Assembly (NCBI GenBank): GCA_015486535.1
Contig: WFRK01000016.1
Location: 1-61,006 of the forward strand
Direction of reading: 5' to 3'
Source of the DNA: Candidatus Microgenomates bacterium
GTDB lineage: Bacteria; Patescibacteriota; Microgenomatia; UBA1400; PJMF01
Length of the DNA stretch: 61,006 nucleotides
Below are positions 20,567 through 30,937 of this stretch, piece by piece. The position numbers and the translations under genes were made by a program. Numbering within the stretch: position 1 is the stretch's first letter; each line of letters opens with the position of its first letter. Under the pieces are notes generated by a model that was not told the origin of the DNA, made no database searches, and was given only the letters and a program-made list of their open reading frames with translations.

Positions 20567-20654
20567 TGATGAGAAAAGATGAATCAGTGAATCATTATCT
20601 TGTATATTTATATTTGTGATAAAATTAACTGTTCCGTTATTGATTTAAGTCGTT

Positions 20655-20726
20655 GCGGGTGTGGTTCAACGGCTAGAATATCTCCCTTCCAAGGAGAAGA
20701 CGAGGGTTCGATTCCCTTCACCCGCT
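20655..20726 (+). tRNA. tRNA-Gly (anticodon UCC)
   Basis: Hand-folded cloverleaf. Acceptor GCGGGTG/CACCCGC, anticodon arm TCTCC-CTTCCAA-GGAGA, T arm GAGGG-TTCGATT-CCCTT. Confidence 0.9.
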
Positions 20727-20738
20727 CCCGTCTTTCGC

Positions 20739-21254
20739 TCAAGCTACAGACGGCAAGTCTTCTTTCGCTAAAAATCCTTGGACAATGAGCTTGATTGCTT
20801 GCTGACGTGATAAACCGCGACTCATTAAATAAAATATTTCCGCTTCATCAGGGTAACTCATTGTCGCCGCGTGGGAACAAATGACATCGTGACTCAAAAT
20901 TTCTAGATCCGGCACCACCTCCGCTTTCGCTTCGTCGGATAAAAGTAAAATTCTTTCTTCCAAAAACGCACTCACTCGTTGGCAATTGGGAGCAATAATA
21001 ATCTTACCAAAAAAACCTAATTGTGCTTGGTCATTGACGACACCTTTAAGAACAGCGCGGGATTTTGTGGCTGGGGCTAAATGCTTGATCACTATGTGAT
21101 AGTCAGCCTTCTGTTTGTTAACTAATTTAGTTCGCACCTTCACCACCGTTGTCGCACCTGGTTCGATGAGCTCAATGGTATACCTCCCCGGGGTATCAAG
21201 AACAATGGGTTTTTTGGCTGGTTGACTGAGTTTAATAGTTTGATGTTTCATCAT
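20739..21254 (-). CDS. sufD: SufD-like protein, short form (C-terminal beta-helix only)
   Basis: The C-terminal region LSDEAKAEVVPDLEILSHDVICSHAATMS..EAEIFYLMSRGLSRQQA parallels the SufB C-terminus. It is only 171 aa and lies immediately downstream of sufB. Confidence 0.7.
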   Translation of the reverse strand: MMKHQTIKLSQPAKKPIVLDTPGRYTIELIEPGATTVVKVRTKLVNKQKADYHIVIKHLAPATKSRAVLKGVVNDQAQLGFFGKIIIAPNCQRVSAFLEERILLLSDEAKAEVVPDLEILSHDVICSHAATMSYPDEAEIFYLMSRGLSRQQAIKLIVQGFLAKEDLPSVA

Positions 21255-21295
21255 TATTTACTTAAAAATTTAATTTATCTCATCGTCGGCCTCAT

Positions 21296-22717
21296 TTAGC
21301 CGACGCTACCCTCCATCTCCATTTCAATCAATCGGTTCATTTCCACGGCATATTCTAAAGGTAATTGCTGTACCAAATCCGCCACAAAACCATTCACGAT
21401 CATTTTCCGGGCGGTTAATTCATCGATACCACGACTCATTAAATAAAATAGTTGTTCCTCACCAATTTTAGACACGGTTGCTTCGTGCTGTAGTGTTACT
21501 TGAGCATTGAGGACTCGATCGATCGGATAAGTGTCCGATCGTGATGCTTCATCGAGTAGTAGCGCATCGCAAACGACGGTGTTTTGAGAATGATGCGCCG
21601 CTTGATCTACATGAATCAAACCGCGGTAACTAGTTCGCCCACCAGCACGACTAATTGATTTGGCGACAATCGTTGAAGTCGTGTAAGGGGCTAAATGAAT
21701 CGCTTTAGAACCGGTATCCTGGTGTTGACCACTACCAGCAAGAGCCATGCTCAATGTTTCTCCCCTGGCTCCTTTACCGGCGAGAATAAAACCGGGATAC
21801 TTCATCGTGACTTTGCTACCCATATTAAAGTCCGTCCAAATCATCTCTCCTTCTGCCTCAACATAAGCCCGTTTCGTGACTAAATTGTAGACATTTTTAT
21901 ACCAATTTTGGACGGTACTATATTGGCAATGTGCTCCTTTTTTGACAAAAACTTCGACAACAGCCGCATGGAGTGAATTACTAGAAAAATTCGGTGCGGT
22001 ACAACCTTCGATATAATGAACACTCGCTCCCTCATCAACAATGATCAAAGTTCGCTCAAACTGACCCGCATTCGGCGAATTAATGCGAAAATAAGTTTGT
22101 AATGGCAAATCAACTTTTACTCCTTTAGGAACATACAGAAATGAGCCTCCAGACCAAACAGCGGTATTGAGAGCAGCAAATTTATTATCAGCACTAGCAA
22201 TCAGTTTGCCAAAATACTCCTTAACAAGTGAGGGGTACTGCTTCAAACCTTCATCCATTGATAAAAATACCACCCCTTGTTTGCTTAAATAATCACTCAA
22301 TGAACCATAAATTACTTCACTATCATACTGTGCTTTCAAGCCGGCCAAAACTGCTCTTTCCGCTTGCGGTACTTTGAGACGTTCAAAGGTTTTTTTCACT
22401 TCAGGGGGAACTTCATCCCAAGAGTCAACTAAAGCCTCGGTTGGTTTTAAATAATAATGTAATTGGTCGAAATTAATTGCTTTCAGATCGGCTCCCCAAG
22501 TAGGCATCGATTTAGCTAAAAATTGTTTATAAGCCTTCAATCTCAGCTTCAACATCCAAGCTGGTTCGTTTTTAAGATGAGAAATAGTTTCTACGATACG
22601 CTGATTTAATCCCGGTTTGCTGATATAAGCATAACCGGCAGTAGAAAAAGAAAATCCCGGTTTATATTCTCTTTGAATGAGTCCATCAATTGATGATTTA
22701 ATAGATTTCTTTTTCAC
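21296..22717 (-). CDS. sufB: Fe-S cluster assembly protein SufB
   Basis: Highly conserved SufB blocks: AVWSGGSFLYVPKGV, HYIEGCTAP, VTKRA, HEATVSKIGEEQLFYLMSRGI. Confidence 0.95.
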   Translation of the reverse strand: MKKKSIKSSIDGLIQREYKPGFSFSTAGYAYISKPGLNQRIVETISHLKNEPAWMLKLRLKAYKQFLAKSMPTWGADLKAINFDQLHYYLKPTEALVDSWDEVPPEVKKTFERLKVPQAERAVLAGLKAQYDSEVIYGSLSDYLSKQGVVFLSMDEGLKQYPSLVKEYFGKLIASADNKFAALNTAVWSGGSFLYVPKGVKVDLPLQTYFRINSPNAGQFERTLIIVDEGASVHYIEGCTAPNFSSNSLHAAVVEVFVKKGAHCQYSTVQNWYKNVYNLVTKRAYVEAEGEMIWTDFNMGSKVTMKYPGFILAGKGARGETLSMALAGSGQHQDTGSKAIHLAPYTTSTIVAKSISRAGGRTSYRGLIHVDQAAHHSQNTVVCDALLLDEASRSDTYPIDRVLNAQVTLQHEATVSKIGEEQLFYLMSRGIDELTARKMIVNGFVADLVQQLPLEYAVEMNRLIEMEMEGSVG

Positions 22718-22791
22718 TTTAATCTTCTTTCATTTGGTAAAAAACATCGAAATTATCAATTTTAGAATAACTATCGATAAAAAAAGTCTCT

Positions 22792-23286
22792 CTAGTCTAA
22801 ATCTTTTATGATCGGCAAAAGTCGCTTCATTGAGGCACCAATAAAACCTGCCGGTCCACCGGCAAAACCGAAATCGTATTGATCCAAGACATCGAACCTA
22901 ACCCAAATGAAATCGCTGTGCTCGTGACTAATTTTAACTTTTGCTGATAAACTGCGTGGTAATTTGATGAACCAAACAACAATTGTTGTAAATAGTTGTT
23001 CTCGACCCTGAAAGTAAGTGGTGAAATAAATTGGTTGCTGACGATTTTTCCAAAATGGCGCTACATCTAGGCCTGTTTCTTCACTAACTTCCCGAATTAA
23101 ATCAGCTTGATGAGGTTGATTAATGTCCATATCAGCATCGGGCCATTCGCTGTTGCCTCCAGGTAAATCCCATTGACCAGCACGTGTTCGACTCTGTAGC
23201 GACCGTTTTAAAATAAGCAACTTACCGTCGCTTAACAACCAAGCCTTTTGCAATAATTTTGTTTTACTCGTTAGCTGATGTTTCAT
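22792..23286 (-). CDS. NUDIX hydrolase
   Basis: Nudix box GGNSE..x..REVSEETGL. Confidence 0.8.
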   Translation of the reverse strand: MKHQLTSKTKLLQKAWLLSDGKLLILKRSLQSRTRAGQWDLPGGNSEWPDADMDINQPHQADLIREVSEETGLDVAPFWKNRQQPIYFTTYFQGREQLFTTIVVWFIKLPRSLSAKVKISHEHSDFIWVRFDVLDQYDFGFAGGPAGFIGASMKRLLPIIKDLD

Positions 23287-23373
23287 TCGCTTCCATTATC
23301 CCACACCCAGTCAACAAATGGAATCTAAAAGTTAGGTTGACTGAGACATTAAAGCCTCATAGACTAGAAGTAG

Positions 23374-25032
23374 ATGCTAAGAAAGTTAATTAGACAGCCA
23401 ATTGTACTCCTTCTGCTCATTGGTTCAATTCTCTATTTACCAAGTTTATCTGGACCATTTTTTTGGGATGACGAACAATTTATCTACAAAAATCAATTTG
23501 TACATCAATTTGATTTAACCCATATTTTTACCCAAAGCACGACTGCCGGCGCCGGCGTTGTCAGTAACTATTATCGGCCACTAACCTCAATCTCTTTTGC
23601 GCTTGACTACCAAATTTGGCATAATCATCCATTTGGCTATCATTTAACTAACCTTTGCTTGCATGTCAGTGCAGCCATCCTCTTATTTTTATTTCTCAAA
23701 TCGTTAACCAAAAGAGAACGCTTTTCCTGGTGGATTAGTTTTATCTTTCTGATTCATCCCCTGCAAACAGAGGCGGTAGCTTATATCAACTCCCGTGGCG
23801 ATTCTTTTTATGCTCTCCTAACCTTTCTGGGTTTGTGGCTATGGACCAAGTCATTGCGTCAAGAAAAAACAAGTTTTTCTCTCATGGGATTTGACTTTAA
23901 CCTGCCAAATTGGTTGACGATCACATTGGCGGTGATCAGCTTTGGCTTGAGTATTTTGGCAAAAGAAATCGCTTTGGCCACCTCTGCCCTCTGGTGCTTC
24001 GTCACCGTTTACCTCTTGTTAGAGCAACCAAAATTTAAAAAGAGATATCTTAAATTATCACTCATAGCAATTGGCTTTTTGAGTCTGTTAAGTCTCGTTT
24101 ACCTTAAGTTACGACTCAGTTGGCTCCACTGGGGTAACGTCGACAGTATTTTACAAGCCTACCCAATTGCCTATAGTCACCTAGGCGTCAGACTACTCAC
24201 ATTCTCAAAAATTATCTTCATTTATTTGCGATTAATTATCATTCCTTTTCCTCTCCATATGGAACGGAGTGTCAGCTTGGTGACCAACCCCTTCTCTTTC
24301 TTTCCCTTATTATTTGTTGTTAGTCAATTGGCGCTTGTTTATTTCGCCTTCAAAGAGTGGCGACTCAACAAAACTATTTTTATCATTGGTGGTTGGTGCT
24401 GGTTTGTCAGTATGCTCGTTCCTGTATCGGGCATTATTCCCACTAATGGCTTAATTTATGAGCACTGGCTCTATTTGCCATTGATTGGTTTCTTTATCAT
24501 GCTCTATGGCTTACTCAAATTGATTGTGGTCACTAAACCACAGTTTCGATTGTTCATTGGTCAAGCAATTTCTTTGGCCCTAACCTTAATTGTGCCAATT
24601 TATTTGGTGATGACACTTTATCAAATCCATCTTTGGACTCATCCGATCGCGTTCTATCAACATACACTGAAATACGCTCAAAGTGCACGACTCTGGAATA
24701 ATTTAGGCATGGAGTATGCCAATCGTGGTCATAATCAACAAGCACTTTTGGCCTACAAACAGGCGTTAAGTATTAATCCTCACTATGCCCAAATCCAACA
24801 TAATCTAGGTCAAATTTATTTGGGACAGAAACGATGGAAAAAAGCTGCAAAATACTACCAACAGGCAATCAAGCTCAATAAGTATTTTCTTCCCAGCTAT
24901 CCTCCATTAATCGTTGCTTTGCGACAAGATGGAGAAAAGAATCAAGCATGTCAGGTTTTAGAGCGGTTCACGAAACTCAGTCATAATCGACAAGTGATAA
25001 ACCAATTGAAAAAATTTGTACCCTGTCCCTAA
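23374..25032 (+). CDS. polytopic membrane glycosyltransferase-like protein (PMT/TMTC-like) with C-terminal TPR repeats
   Basis: FFWDDEQFI and YYRPLT near the N-terminus, more than 10 TM segments, and C-terminal TPR repeats (WNNLGMEYANRGHNQQALLAYKQALSINPHYAQ). Confidence 0.6.
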   Translation: MLRKLIRQPIVLLLLIGSILYLPSLSGPFFWDDEQFIYKNQFVHQFDLTHIFTQSTTAGAGVVSNYYRPLTSISFALDYQIWHNHPFGYHLTNLCLHVSAAILLFLFLKSLTKRERFSWWISFIFLIHPLQTEAVAYINSRGDSFYALLTFLGLWLWTKSLRQEKTSFSLMGFDFNLPNWLTITLAVISFGLSILAKEIALATSALWCFVTVYLLLEQPKFKKRYLKLSLIAIGFLSLLSLVYLKLRLSWLHWGNVDSILQAYPIAYSHLGVRLLTFSKIIFIYLRLIIIPFPLHMERSVSLVTNPFSFFPLLFVVSQLALVYFAFKEWRLNKTIFIIGGWCWFVSMLVPVSGIIPTNGLIYEHWLYLPLIGFFIMLYGLLKLIVVTKPQFRLFIGQAISLALTLIVPIYLVMTLYQIHLWTHPIAFYQHTLKYAQSARLWNNLGMEYANRGHNQQALLAYKQALSINPHYAQIQHNLGQIYLGQKRWKKAAKYYQQAIKLNKYFLPSYPPLIVALRQDGEKNQACQVLERFTKLSHNRQVINQLKKFVPCP

Positions 25033-25043
25033 CAACCAAGCGA

Positions 25044-25805
25044 TTAAGCCGCGTAGCCATACTTCTCTAATTCATCAATTAAAGCCAAATCTCCACGAGC
25101 GGTAATTTTACCTTTTTTGAAGATACAAACCTTTGTTGGTTCAAGATAATTAAGTAAACGACGATAATGGGTAATGAGTAGTATACCAACACCTAACTGT
25201 TTCGCTGCTCGTTTAATCCCTTGGGCAGCAATTTTGATCGCATCAATATCTAAACCGGAATCGGTTTCATCCAAAATAGCGTATTTTGGTTCTAATAGTA
25301 ATAGTTGTAGAATTTCCAAACGCTTCTTCTCACCTCCGGAAAAACCTTCATTTAGCGAACGTTGCAACAAGCTTGGTTCAATCGCCAATGTTTGAGCCAT
25401 TTTGATGAGATATTGACGAAAATCAACAATACTCTCAATCATTTGACCTGAACGCGGTGCACTATTTTTGAACCTGGCTTGATAGCTTTCCCAAAGGAAT
25501 TTTTCATACCTCACTCCTTCCACAGTCACGGGATATTGAAAAGCTAAGAATAGACCGGCTTGAAAACGTTGGTGAGGTGATAAAGACAGGAGTGATTGAC
25601 CATCTAATGAAGTTCGGCCGGCGGAAATATGGTAATCCGGATGTCCCATGAGAGCATAACCCATTGAGGTTTTGCCCGATCCATTTGGTCCCATTAATAC
25701 AACTATTTCCGCCGGCCGAACTTCTAAATTCAACCGGTTAACAACCAATTTGTGAGCCACCATTACCTCAAGATTTTCAATCACCAATGACATAAGTCTT
25801 ATCAT
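25044..25805 (-). CDS. sufC: Fe-S cluster assembly ATPase SufC
   Basis: Walker A GPNGSGKTS, FSGGEKKR, Walker B AILDETDSGLD, ITHY. Confidence 0.95.
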   Translation of the reverse strand: MIRLMSLVIENLEVMVAHKLVVNRLNLEVRPAEIVVLMGPNGSGKTSMGYALMGHPDYHISAGRTSLDGQSLLSLSPHQRFQAGLFLAFQYPVTVEGVRYEKFLWESYQARFKNSAPRSGQMIESIVDFRQYLIKMAQTLAIEPSLLQRSLNEGFSGGEKKRLEILQLLLLEPKYAILDETDSGLDIDAIKIAAQGIKRAAKQLGVGILLITHYRRLLNYLEPTKVCIFKKGKITARGDLALIDELEKYGYAA

Positions 25806-25863
25806 AACACGATTGTATAATCATGTTGCGTCAAAAAAAGAACTCAAGAATAAGAAGCAAGTA

Positions 25864-27165
25864 TCATCGCTGATGGTGATGAAAATAATTTAAGATTGGT
25901 GCCGATAATTCTTCCGTCACCAAATTAAATGATCCATCTCTTGCTAATAACCAGCGCTGAAAACGGGCTGATTGATTATCATCAATTGTCTCTAACTTTT
26001 TCTTATCAAAGGCATTGACAAAACCATTCTCAGTCGCTGTCTTTTTTGCCGAATCATTGACCGGACCTAAATCAAAGTAAAAGCTCTTCCGTGGTTGAGG
26101 TTGGCGCTTTGATTGATCAGGCCAATAAGAAGTATCTGTCGGCACATAACGCAAAAGCACTTGATTGTCTGGTGTGAGAAACTCGATGAACTTGATGGCT
26201 AAGCTGCGCTGTTGGTTGCCACCGGGCCAATAATCATTATAAAACACAAAGCTAAGTTTTGTGACATAACGATGTTGCCATTTTTGGCCGACCGATTCTA
26301 AGAGATCTCCTGCCTTGAATTGCCAGTGTTTGACAATTGTTTGATTGGTTTGACCCACTAACTCAAACTTATCAATCAATCTATCTTGATATTGATTTGG
26401 CCGACCGCAAGCGGGCAAGTAATGTGTTCTTGTCTGCCGTCGACAAGAAGCAGTATCGTAAGCACCACGATAGTTTTGACCGTTGTTAAGAAATAAGGCT
26501 AATTCAGGCCAATAGTTGGCTCGTTCATTCTTATTCGCCGAAGCGGGATAGGTCAAAAAACCAACTTTAAGTGTAATTGGAATCGCTTGCCAATCTTTAA
26601 ACTTCAAATCCGCTGCTTGGCTGGCCTGAGGAACAGTTACCTCATCAGTCAGGGTATCAGCAAGAACATTGTCACTCGCTAACAAACGATAATGATGTTC
26701 CTTGGTATTATTATTAACGCAAATAAACGACTCCCTTGTTGGCCCTCCAACACAAACAACTTTGCCTTGGATTTGATCAACATTACAATTATCACCCACT
26801 GTGGGATGATCAGCCGATTTTAGCTGAGCATTCTGACAAGGATAATAAGCGCTATTCAAATCAGCCTCAGCGGCAATCTTGGACTGATAAAAACTATCGT
26901 AGTGGTCACCTAATCCAGCGACACAAACACTTTGACCATTCAACACTTGTTCGCCGCCAACACCTTCGATAATTTTTACCCGATTATCGGTTGAACCACG
27001 AATTGCCAAAAAACATCGCGCACCGGCAGCCTTTTGACGAATGTCTTGAGGCATCTTTAGTTTAGCTAAAAACAATAAAAAAATTACCAGTAAAAATAAG
27101 CTCGCAACCATTAACCAAGTCCTGAATGAGATCGGATGGATGGTTTTTTTTCTCTTGTGACGCAT
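25864..27165 (-). CDS. membrane-anchored Cys-containing extracellular protein, function unknown
   Basis: An N-terminal basic stretch plus a TM segment (WLMVASLFLLVIFLLFLA), with several paired Cys in the first domain. No motif recognised. Confidence 0.45.
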   Translation of the reverse strand: MRHKRKKTIHPISFRTWLMVASLFLLVIFLLFLAKLKMPQDIRQKAAGARCFLAIRGSTDNRVKIIEGVGGEQVLNGQSVCVAGLGDHYDSFYQSKIAAEADLNSAYYPCQNAQLKSADHPTVGDNCNVDQIQGKVVCVGGPTRESFICVNNNTKEHHYRLLASDNVLADTLTDEVTVPQASQAADLKFKDWQAIPITLKVGFLTYPASANKNERANYWPELALFLNNGQNYRGAYDTASCRRQTRTHYLPACGRPNQYQDRLIDKFELVGQTNQTIVKHWQFKAGDLLESVGQKWQHRYVTKLSFVFYNDYWPGGNQQRSLAIKFIEFLTPDNQVLLRYVPTDTSYWPDQSKRQPQPRKSFYFDLGPVNDSAKKTATENGFVNAFDKKKLETIDDNQSARFQRWLLARDGSFNLVTEELSAPILNYFHHHQR

Positions 27166-27184
27166 AGCAGATACTTTAGTAATA

Positions 27185-27769
27185 TTAAATTAAGCTCATT
27201 TGAGTGCCAGAATCGCGCTTCGTCTTGAAACTAAAATCAACTGGACACTCAATGAGACGATTCCACTTATTCTTAAACTTGACTTTACCTGTTCTTAAAC
27301 CATATAAATAAATTTCTCGTGTCACTTTGACATCTTGAAGACAATAATGAGCAAGTTTTTCCAATTGACCGGTTTTAAAATAACGAATGGCATCGAGACC
27401 ATTACCGCTTTTGCCAATATTTAATGTTTCGTGAGCGACAGCGTCAAGACTAATGCGGTGACCCACACTTTCTTTGATTTTTAGCAAAAGATCTAAAGTG
27501 GGAATTTGGCTAATATCTCCATTATAGTATGGCGCGAGAGCCGGCATATCAAAGTTATCAATATTAAAGCCAATGACAATGTCAGCTTTTTCCAATAAAG
27601 GAAAAAGCTCTTTTAAATCTGGTTCGAAAAACTTGGCCTCCTGCCACTGACCACTAAAACCCTGACGAAAATTAACCCCAACAAAAGAAACCTCCAATTG
27701 TCCCGGAAAATAACCACCAACCTCTTCAAAAGTTTTTTTTGTTTCGACATCCAAAACTACTTGTAACAT
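27185..27769 (-). CDS. RNase H-fold 3'-5' exonuclease-like protein
   Basis: LDVET near the N-terminus, GFNIDNFDMP, and YCLQDV near the C-terminus resemble DEDD-type exonuclease motifs I-III. Confidence 0.5.
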   Translation of the reverse strand: MLQVVLDVETKKTFEEVGGYFPGQLEVSFVGVNFRQGFSGQWQEAKFFEPDLKELFPLLEKADIVIGFNIDNFDMPALAPYYNGDISQIPTLDLLLKIKESVGHRISLDAVAHETLNIGKSGNGLDAIRYFKTGQLEKLAHYCLQDVKVTREIYLYGLRTGKVKFKNKWNRLIECPVDFSFKTKRDSGTQMSLI

Positions 27770-27772
27770 GGT

Positions 27773-28639
27773 TTAACTTTCTTCCAGTAGATTGAATTCA
27801 TTAATAATTCGGCCTAACTCAATCACCCGATCACGCGCTTCGGTGACTAGAAATTTCTCCCACAAATTAAGAAAGTTTTTGTTTAAACCAGCGCGACCAA
27901 TCTTCGGTAAACCGGACCAAATACTTTGACCTAGAAGCATGCCTCGTGCTCCACCCTCGAGTGCAGTGCGTAAATTTGCCTTTAGTTGGAGATAATCTCC
28001 ACCATGATCATTCATCAACCAAGGCACATCTATTTCTGCTGTCACCGTCGCACAAGCAAGGGCAGTTTGGGGAAATTGCAAAATGAATAAATCGGTCATA
28101 TCCTGAAATTCACGTACTGCCATTAATTGAGCCTCAAGAAAAGCGTCGAGTGCTTGTTTATTTTTGTCGTCAAATAAGACGTGGAGTTCGAGCACTAAAT
28201 CGATCCCCTCATATTGAGCGTAGTCATAAATCTCTGCCAGAAGTTTCTTTTTCTCATTCGCTTTGGATTCTGCCGGATGATAGAACAAGTCCAGCTTTGC
28301 CACACCGTAGTTATTACGAATATGTTCCACTCCCCAATCTGGAAGGAAATTTGGCAAATTAAGCGGATCATGCGCAAGCAGATTATTGTTTAAACTTAGC
28401 AAAAGTCCGGCAGGTGATTGTTTTTGATTAATCGCAGCAAAACCAACTTTTGGACCTAGAACTAAACCACTAACTTTAGCAGATAATTGTTTACTTGCCA
28501 AAGCAATGAGTTGCTCTAAATCAACCTCATAATGAACTTTATCTTCTTTTAGACCAATTAATTGCGCCAATAAACGTGGCTTATCGAGATCAAGCAAAAC
28601 AAAACGTTGATCATCACTTGCCAATTTATCCAGTTTCAT
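27773..28639 (-). CDS. putative class I aldolase-like TIM-barrel protein (LacD/DeoC-like)
   Basis: Weak resemblance only: alternating beta/alpha pattern, VLELHV, GARGMLLGQSIW. Confidence 0.3.
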   Translation of the reverse strand: MKLDKLASDDQRFVLLDLDKPRLLAQLIGLKEDKVHYEVDLEQLIALASKQLSAKVSGLVLGPKVGFAAINQKQSPAGLLLSLNNNLLAHDPLNLPNFLPDWGVEHIRNNYGVAKLDLFYHPAESKANEKKKLLAEIYDYAQYEGIDLVLELHVLFDDKNKQALDAFLEAQLMAVREFQDMTDLFILQFPQTALACATVTAEIDVPWLMNDHGGDYLQLKANLRTALEGGARGMLLGQSIWSGLPKIGRAGLNKNFLNLWEKFLVTEARDRVIELGRIINEFNLLEES

Positions 28640-28690
28640 GCTTACTATGATAGCAGTAAGGGCACTGTTTTGGCAAAGAGATTCGTCTTT

Positions 28691-30937
28691 TTAACGACTC
28701 TGTCTGTTTCTAGGGGCACGATGATGCCGGTTATCACGATGATTGTAATCGCGCTGAGGTCGACGATGATTATTCTTTTCTCTCATTTCGGCTTCATCTG
28801 CTTGAGAAAGAAGTGATAAGCCAATTTTGCCATCATCTTTAATCTCACTCACTCGCACATGTAATTCATCACCAATGTGATACTTACTGGCCACATCCTT
28901 GATAAAGTCGCGTGACATATTAGAAACATGAACCAAGCCTTCGCGACCGGGCAAATATTCCACAAAAACACCGTAATCTTCAACGCGAGTAACTTTGCCG
29001 TCGAATTCATCATTCAGGGCAATGACACGCACAATATTCTCAATCGCTTGTTTTGCTTGAGCAATAGCGGCCTCATCCGTCGAAGTGATATTAACCAGAC
29101 CAACTTTTCTTTCCGCATCTTCCTCAATGTCAATTTCGGCGCCGGTTTCTTCAATCAATGCCTTGATGTGTTTGCCACCGGGCCCAATGATCTCGCCAAT
29201 TCTGTCAGCGGGAATAACCACCTGCACAATTTTTGGTGCATATTCTGATAGTTGCGCCTTTGGCTGAGCAATCGTCGCTAACATTTTTTCCATGATATAA
29301 AGCCGACCTACTCTCGCTTTCTTTAATGCCTCAATCAAAATCTGTTCACTCAAACCGGTAAGCTTAATATCCATCTGTAAAGCGGTAATGCCTGACTCGG
29401 TGCCGGCAACTTTGAAATCCATATCGCCGGTATGATCCTCCAAACCTTGAATATCGGAGAGAATCACATATTTGCCTGTAACTGGATCACTCATTAAGCC
29501 CATGGCAATGCCCGCAACAGGACGTTTAATGGGCACACCGGCCGCCATTAAACTCATCGTAGAACCACAGATAGAAGCTTGAGAAGTCGAACCATTAGAA
29601 CTCATAATTTCTGACACTACCTGAATAGTATAGGGAAACTCCTCCTGTGAGGGAATAACGGGCAATAGCGCTCGTTCTGCCAAAGCACCATGGCCAATCT
29701 CGCGGCGTTTAGGGAAACCAAAGCGACCGGTCTCGCCGGAAGCATAAGGCGGCATATTGTAAAAATGCATGTAATGTCTAATCTCAGTGCCTTCGATACT
29801 TTCAACATGCTGGCCCAGTGAAGGACTACCAAGGGTTGTAATTGTTACCGCTTGCGTCGCTCCTCGCTTGAACATGGCGCTACCGTGAGTATGAGGAAAG
29901 AGATCAATCTCCGTCCAAATAGGACGGATCTCATCTGGACGACGACCATCCGGTCTCAAACTATCTTCCAAGATCATTCGTCTTGCTTCATACTTTGCGG
30001 CTAAATAAAGCGCTTCTTTCGCCAAGCTTGAATTGATCAATTGATCCTCTTCCGTTACTCCTTCATTCGCTTGTTTGACAATGGCGTCGATAACGGCTGC
30101 CTCATCAGTTGGTTGCAAATGAGCTTGAGCCTGCACAATTTCTTTCACTTGATCGTTGAACTGATCGCTAATCAGCTCCTTTAATTTATCCAGTTGGGCT
30201 TGTTTTGGTTGGTCGATTTCTACCAATGCAACTTTTTCTTTGCCAACATCAGCAATGATTTGATTCATCTGTTTCACCATTTGGCCTAGTTCCGTTTGAG
30301 CAGAAGTGAGCGCTTTCACCATTGTTGCTTCATCGACTTCATTGGCACCGGCTTCAACCATGACAATCGTTTCGCCCGTACCAGCCACCACTAAATCAAG
30401 AGCGGACGTTTCCATTTCTGTTTCAGTCGGATCAAAAATAAACTGATCTTGAGCTTGATTTAGTCCCACTCGCAAACCGGCAATTGGGCCGGTGAAAGGA
30501 ATCTCAGAAATAGTCATTCCCAAAGCACTACCTAATAGACCAAGCATATCCGGATTGTTCTCGCCATCGTAAGAAAAAACCGTGTTGATCACTTGGACTT
30601 CATTAGTAATGCCTTCCGGGAAAAGCGGTCTCAATGATCGATCGATTACTCTTGCTTTGAGAATGGTTTCGTCCAAGGGACGCCCATCACGTTTCACCCA
30701 GCGAGAACCCTTAATCGTTCCGGCTGAGTAAAGTTTTTCAGCGAATTCAACCGACAAAGGAAAATAGCCCAAATTGACTTTGCGACCTAAAGCAATAGTG
30801 CTGTGCACCGTCGTTCCACCAAGAGTCAATAAGACTGCAGCGGCCGCTTGTTCGGAAAATTTGCCGATTTCAACTTTAATAATCTTATCACCGACAGAAA
30901 TTTCTGTCTTATAAGTTTTGGGGTATTTAGGATACAT
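28691..30937 (-). CDS. pnp: polynucleotide phosphorylase
   Basis: Two RNase PH domains, a KH domain (IGPGGKHIKALIEETG), an S1 domain (GKVTRVEDYGVFVE) and an Arg/His-rich tail. The start is set at the ATG at 30937, preceded by AAAGGTGGAG. The ORF-track start at 30985 lacks a Shine-Dalgarno sequence. Confidence 0.93.
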   Translation of the reverse strand: MYPKYPKTYKTEISVGDKIIKVEIGKFSEQAAAAVLLTLGGTTVHSTIALGRKVNLGYFPLSVEFAEKLYSAGTIKGSRWVKRDGRPLDETILKARVIDRSLRPLFPEGITNEVQVINTVFSYDGENNPDMLGLLGSALGMTISEIPFTGPIAGLRVGLNQAQDQFIFDPTETEMETSALDLVVAGTGETIVMVEAGANEVDEATMVKALTSAQTELGQMVKQMNQIIADVGKEKVALVEIDQPKQAQLDKLKELISDQFNDQVKEIVQAQAHLQPTDEAAVIDAIVKQANEGVTEEDQLINSSLAKEALYLAAKYEARRMILEDSLRPDGRRPDEIRPIWTEIDLFPHTHGSAMFKRGATQAVTITTLGSPSLGQHVESIEGTEIRHYMHFYNMPPYASGETGRFGFPKRREIGHGALAERALLPVIPSQEEFPYTIQVVSEIMSSNGSTSQASICGSTMSLMAAGVPIKRPVAGIAMGLMSDPVTGKYVILSDIQGLEDHTGDMDFKVAGTESGITALQMDIKLTGLSEQILIEALKKARVGRLYIMEKMLATIAQPKAQLSEYAPKIVQVVIPADRIGEIIGPGGKHIKALIEETGAEIDIEEDAERKVGLVNITSTDEAAIAQAKQAIENIVRVIALNDEFDGKVTRVEDYGVFVEYLPGREGLVHVSNMSRDFIKDVASKYHIGDELHVRVSEIKDDGKIGLSLLSQADEAEMREKNNHRRPQRDYNHRDNRHHRAPRNRQSR

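Noticed and set aside
20600-20788. Plus-strand 62-aa ORF.
   Set aside because: It is a translation through tRNA-Gly(UCC) and into the antisense of sufD, so it is spurious.
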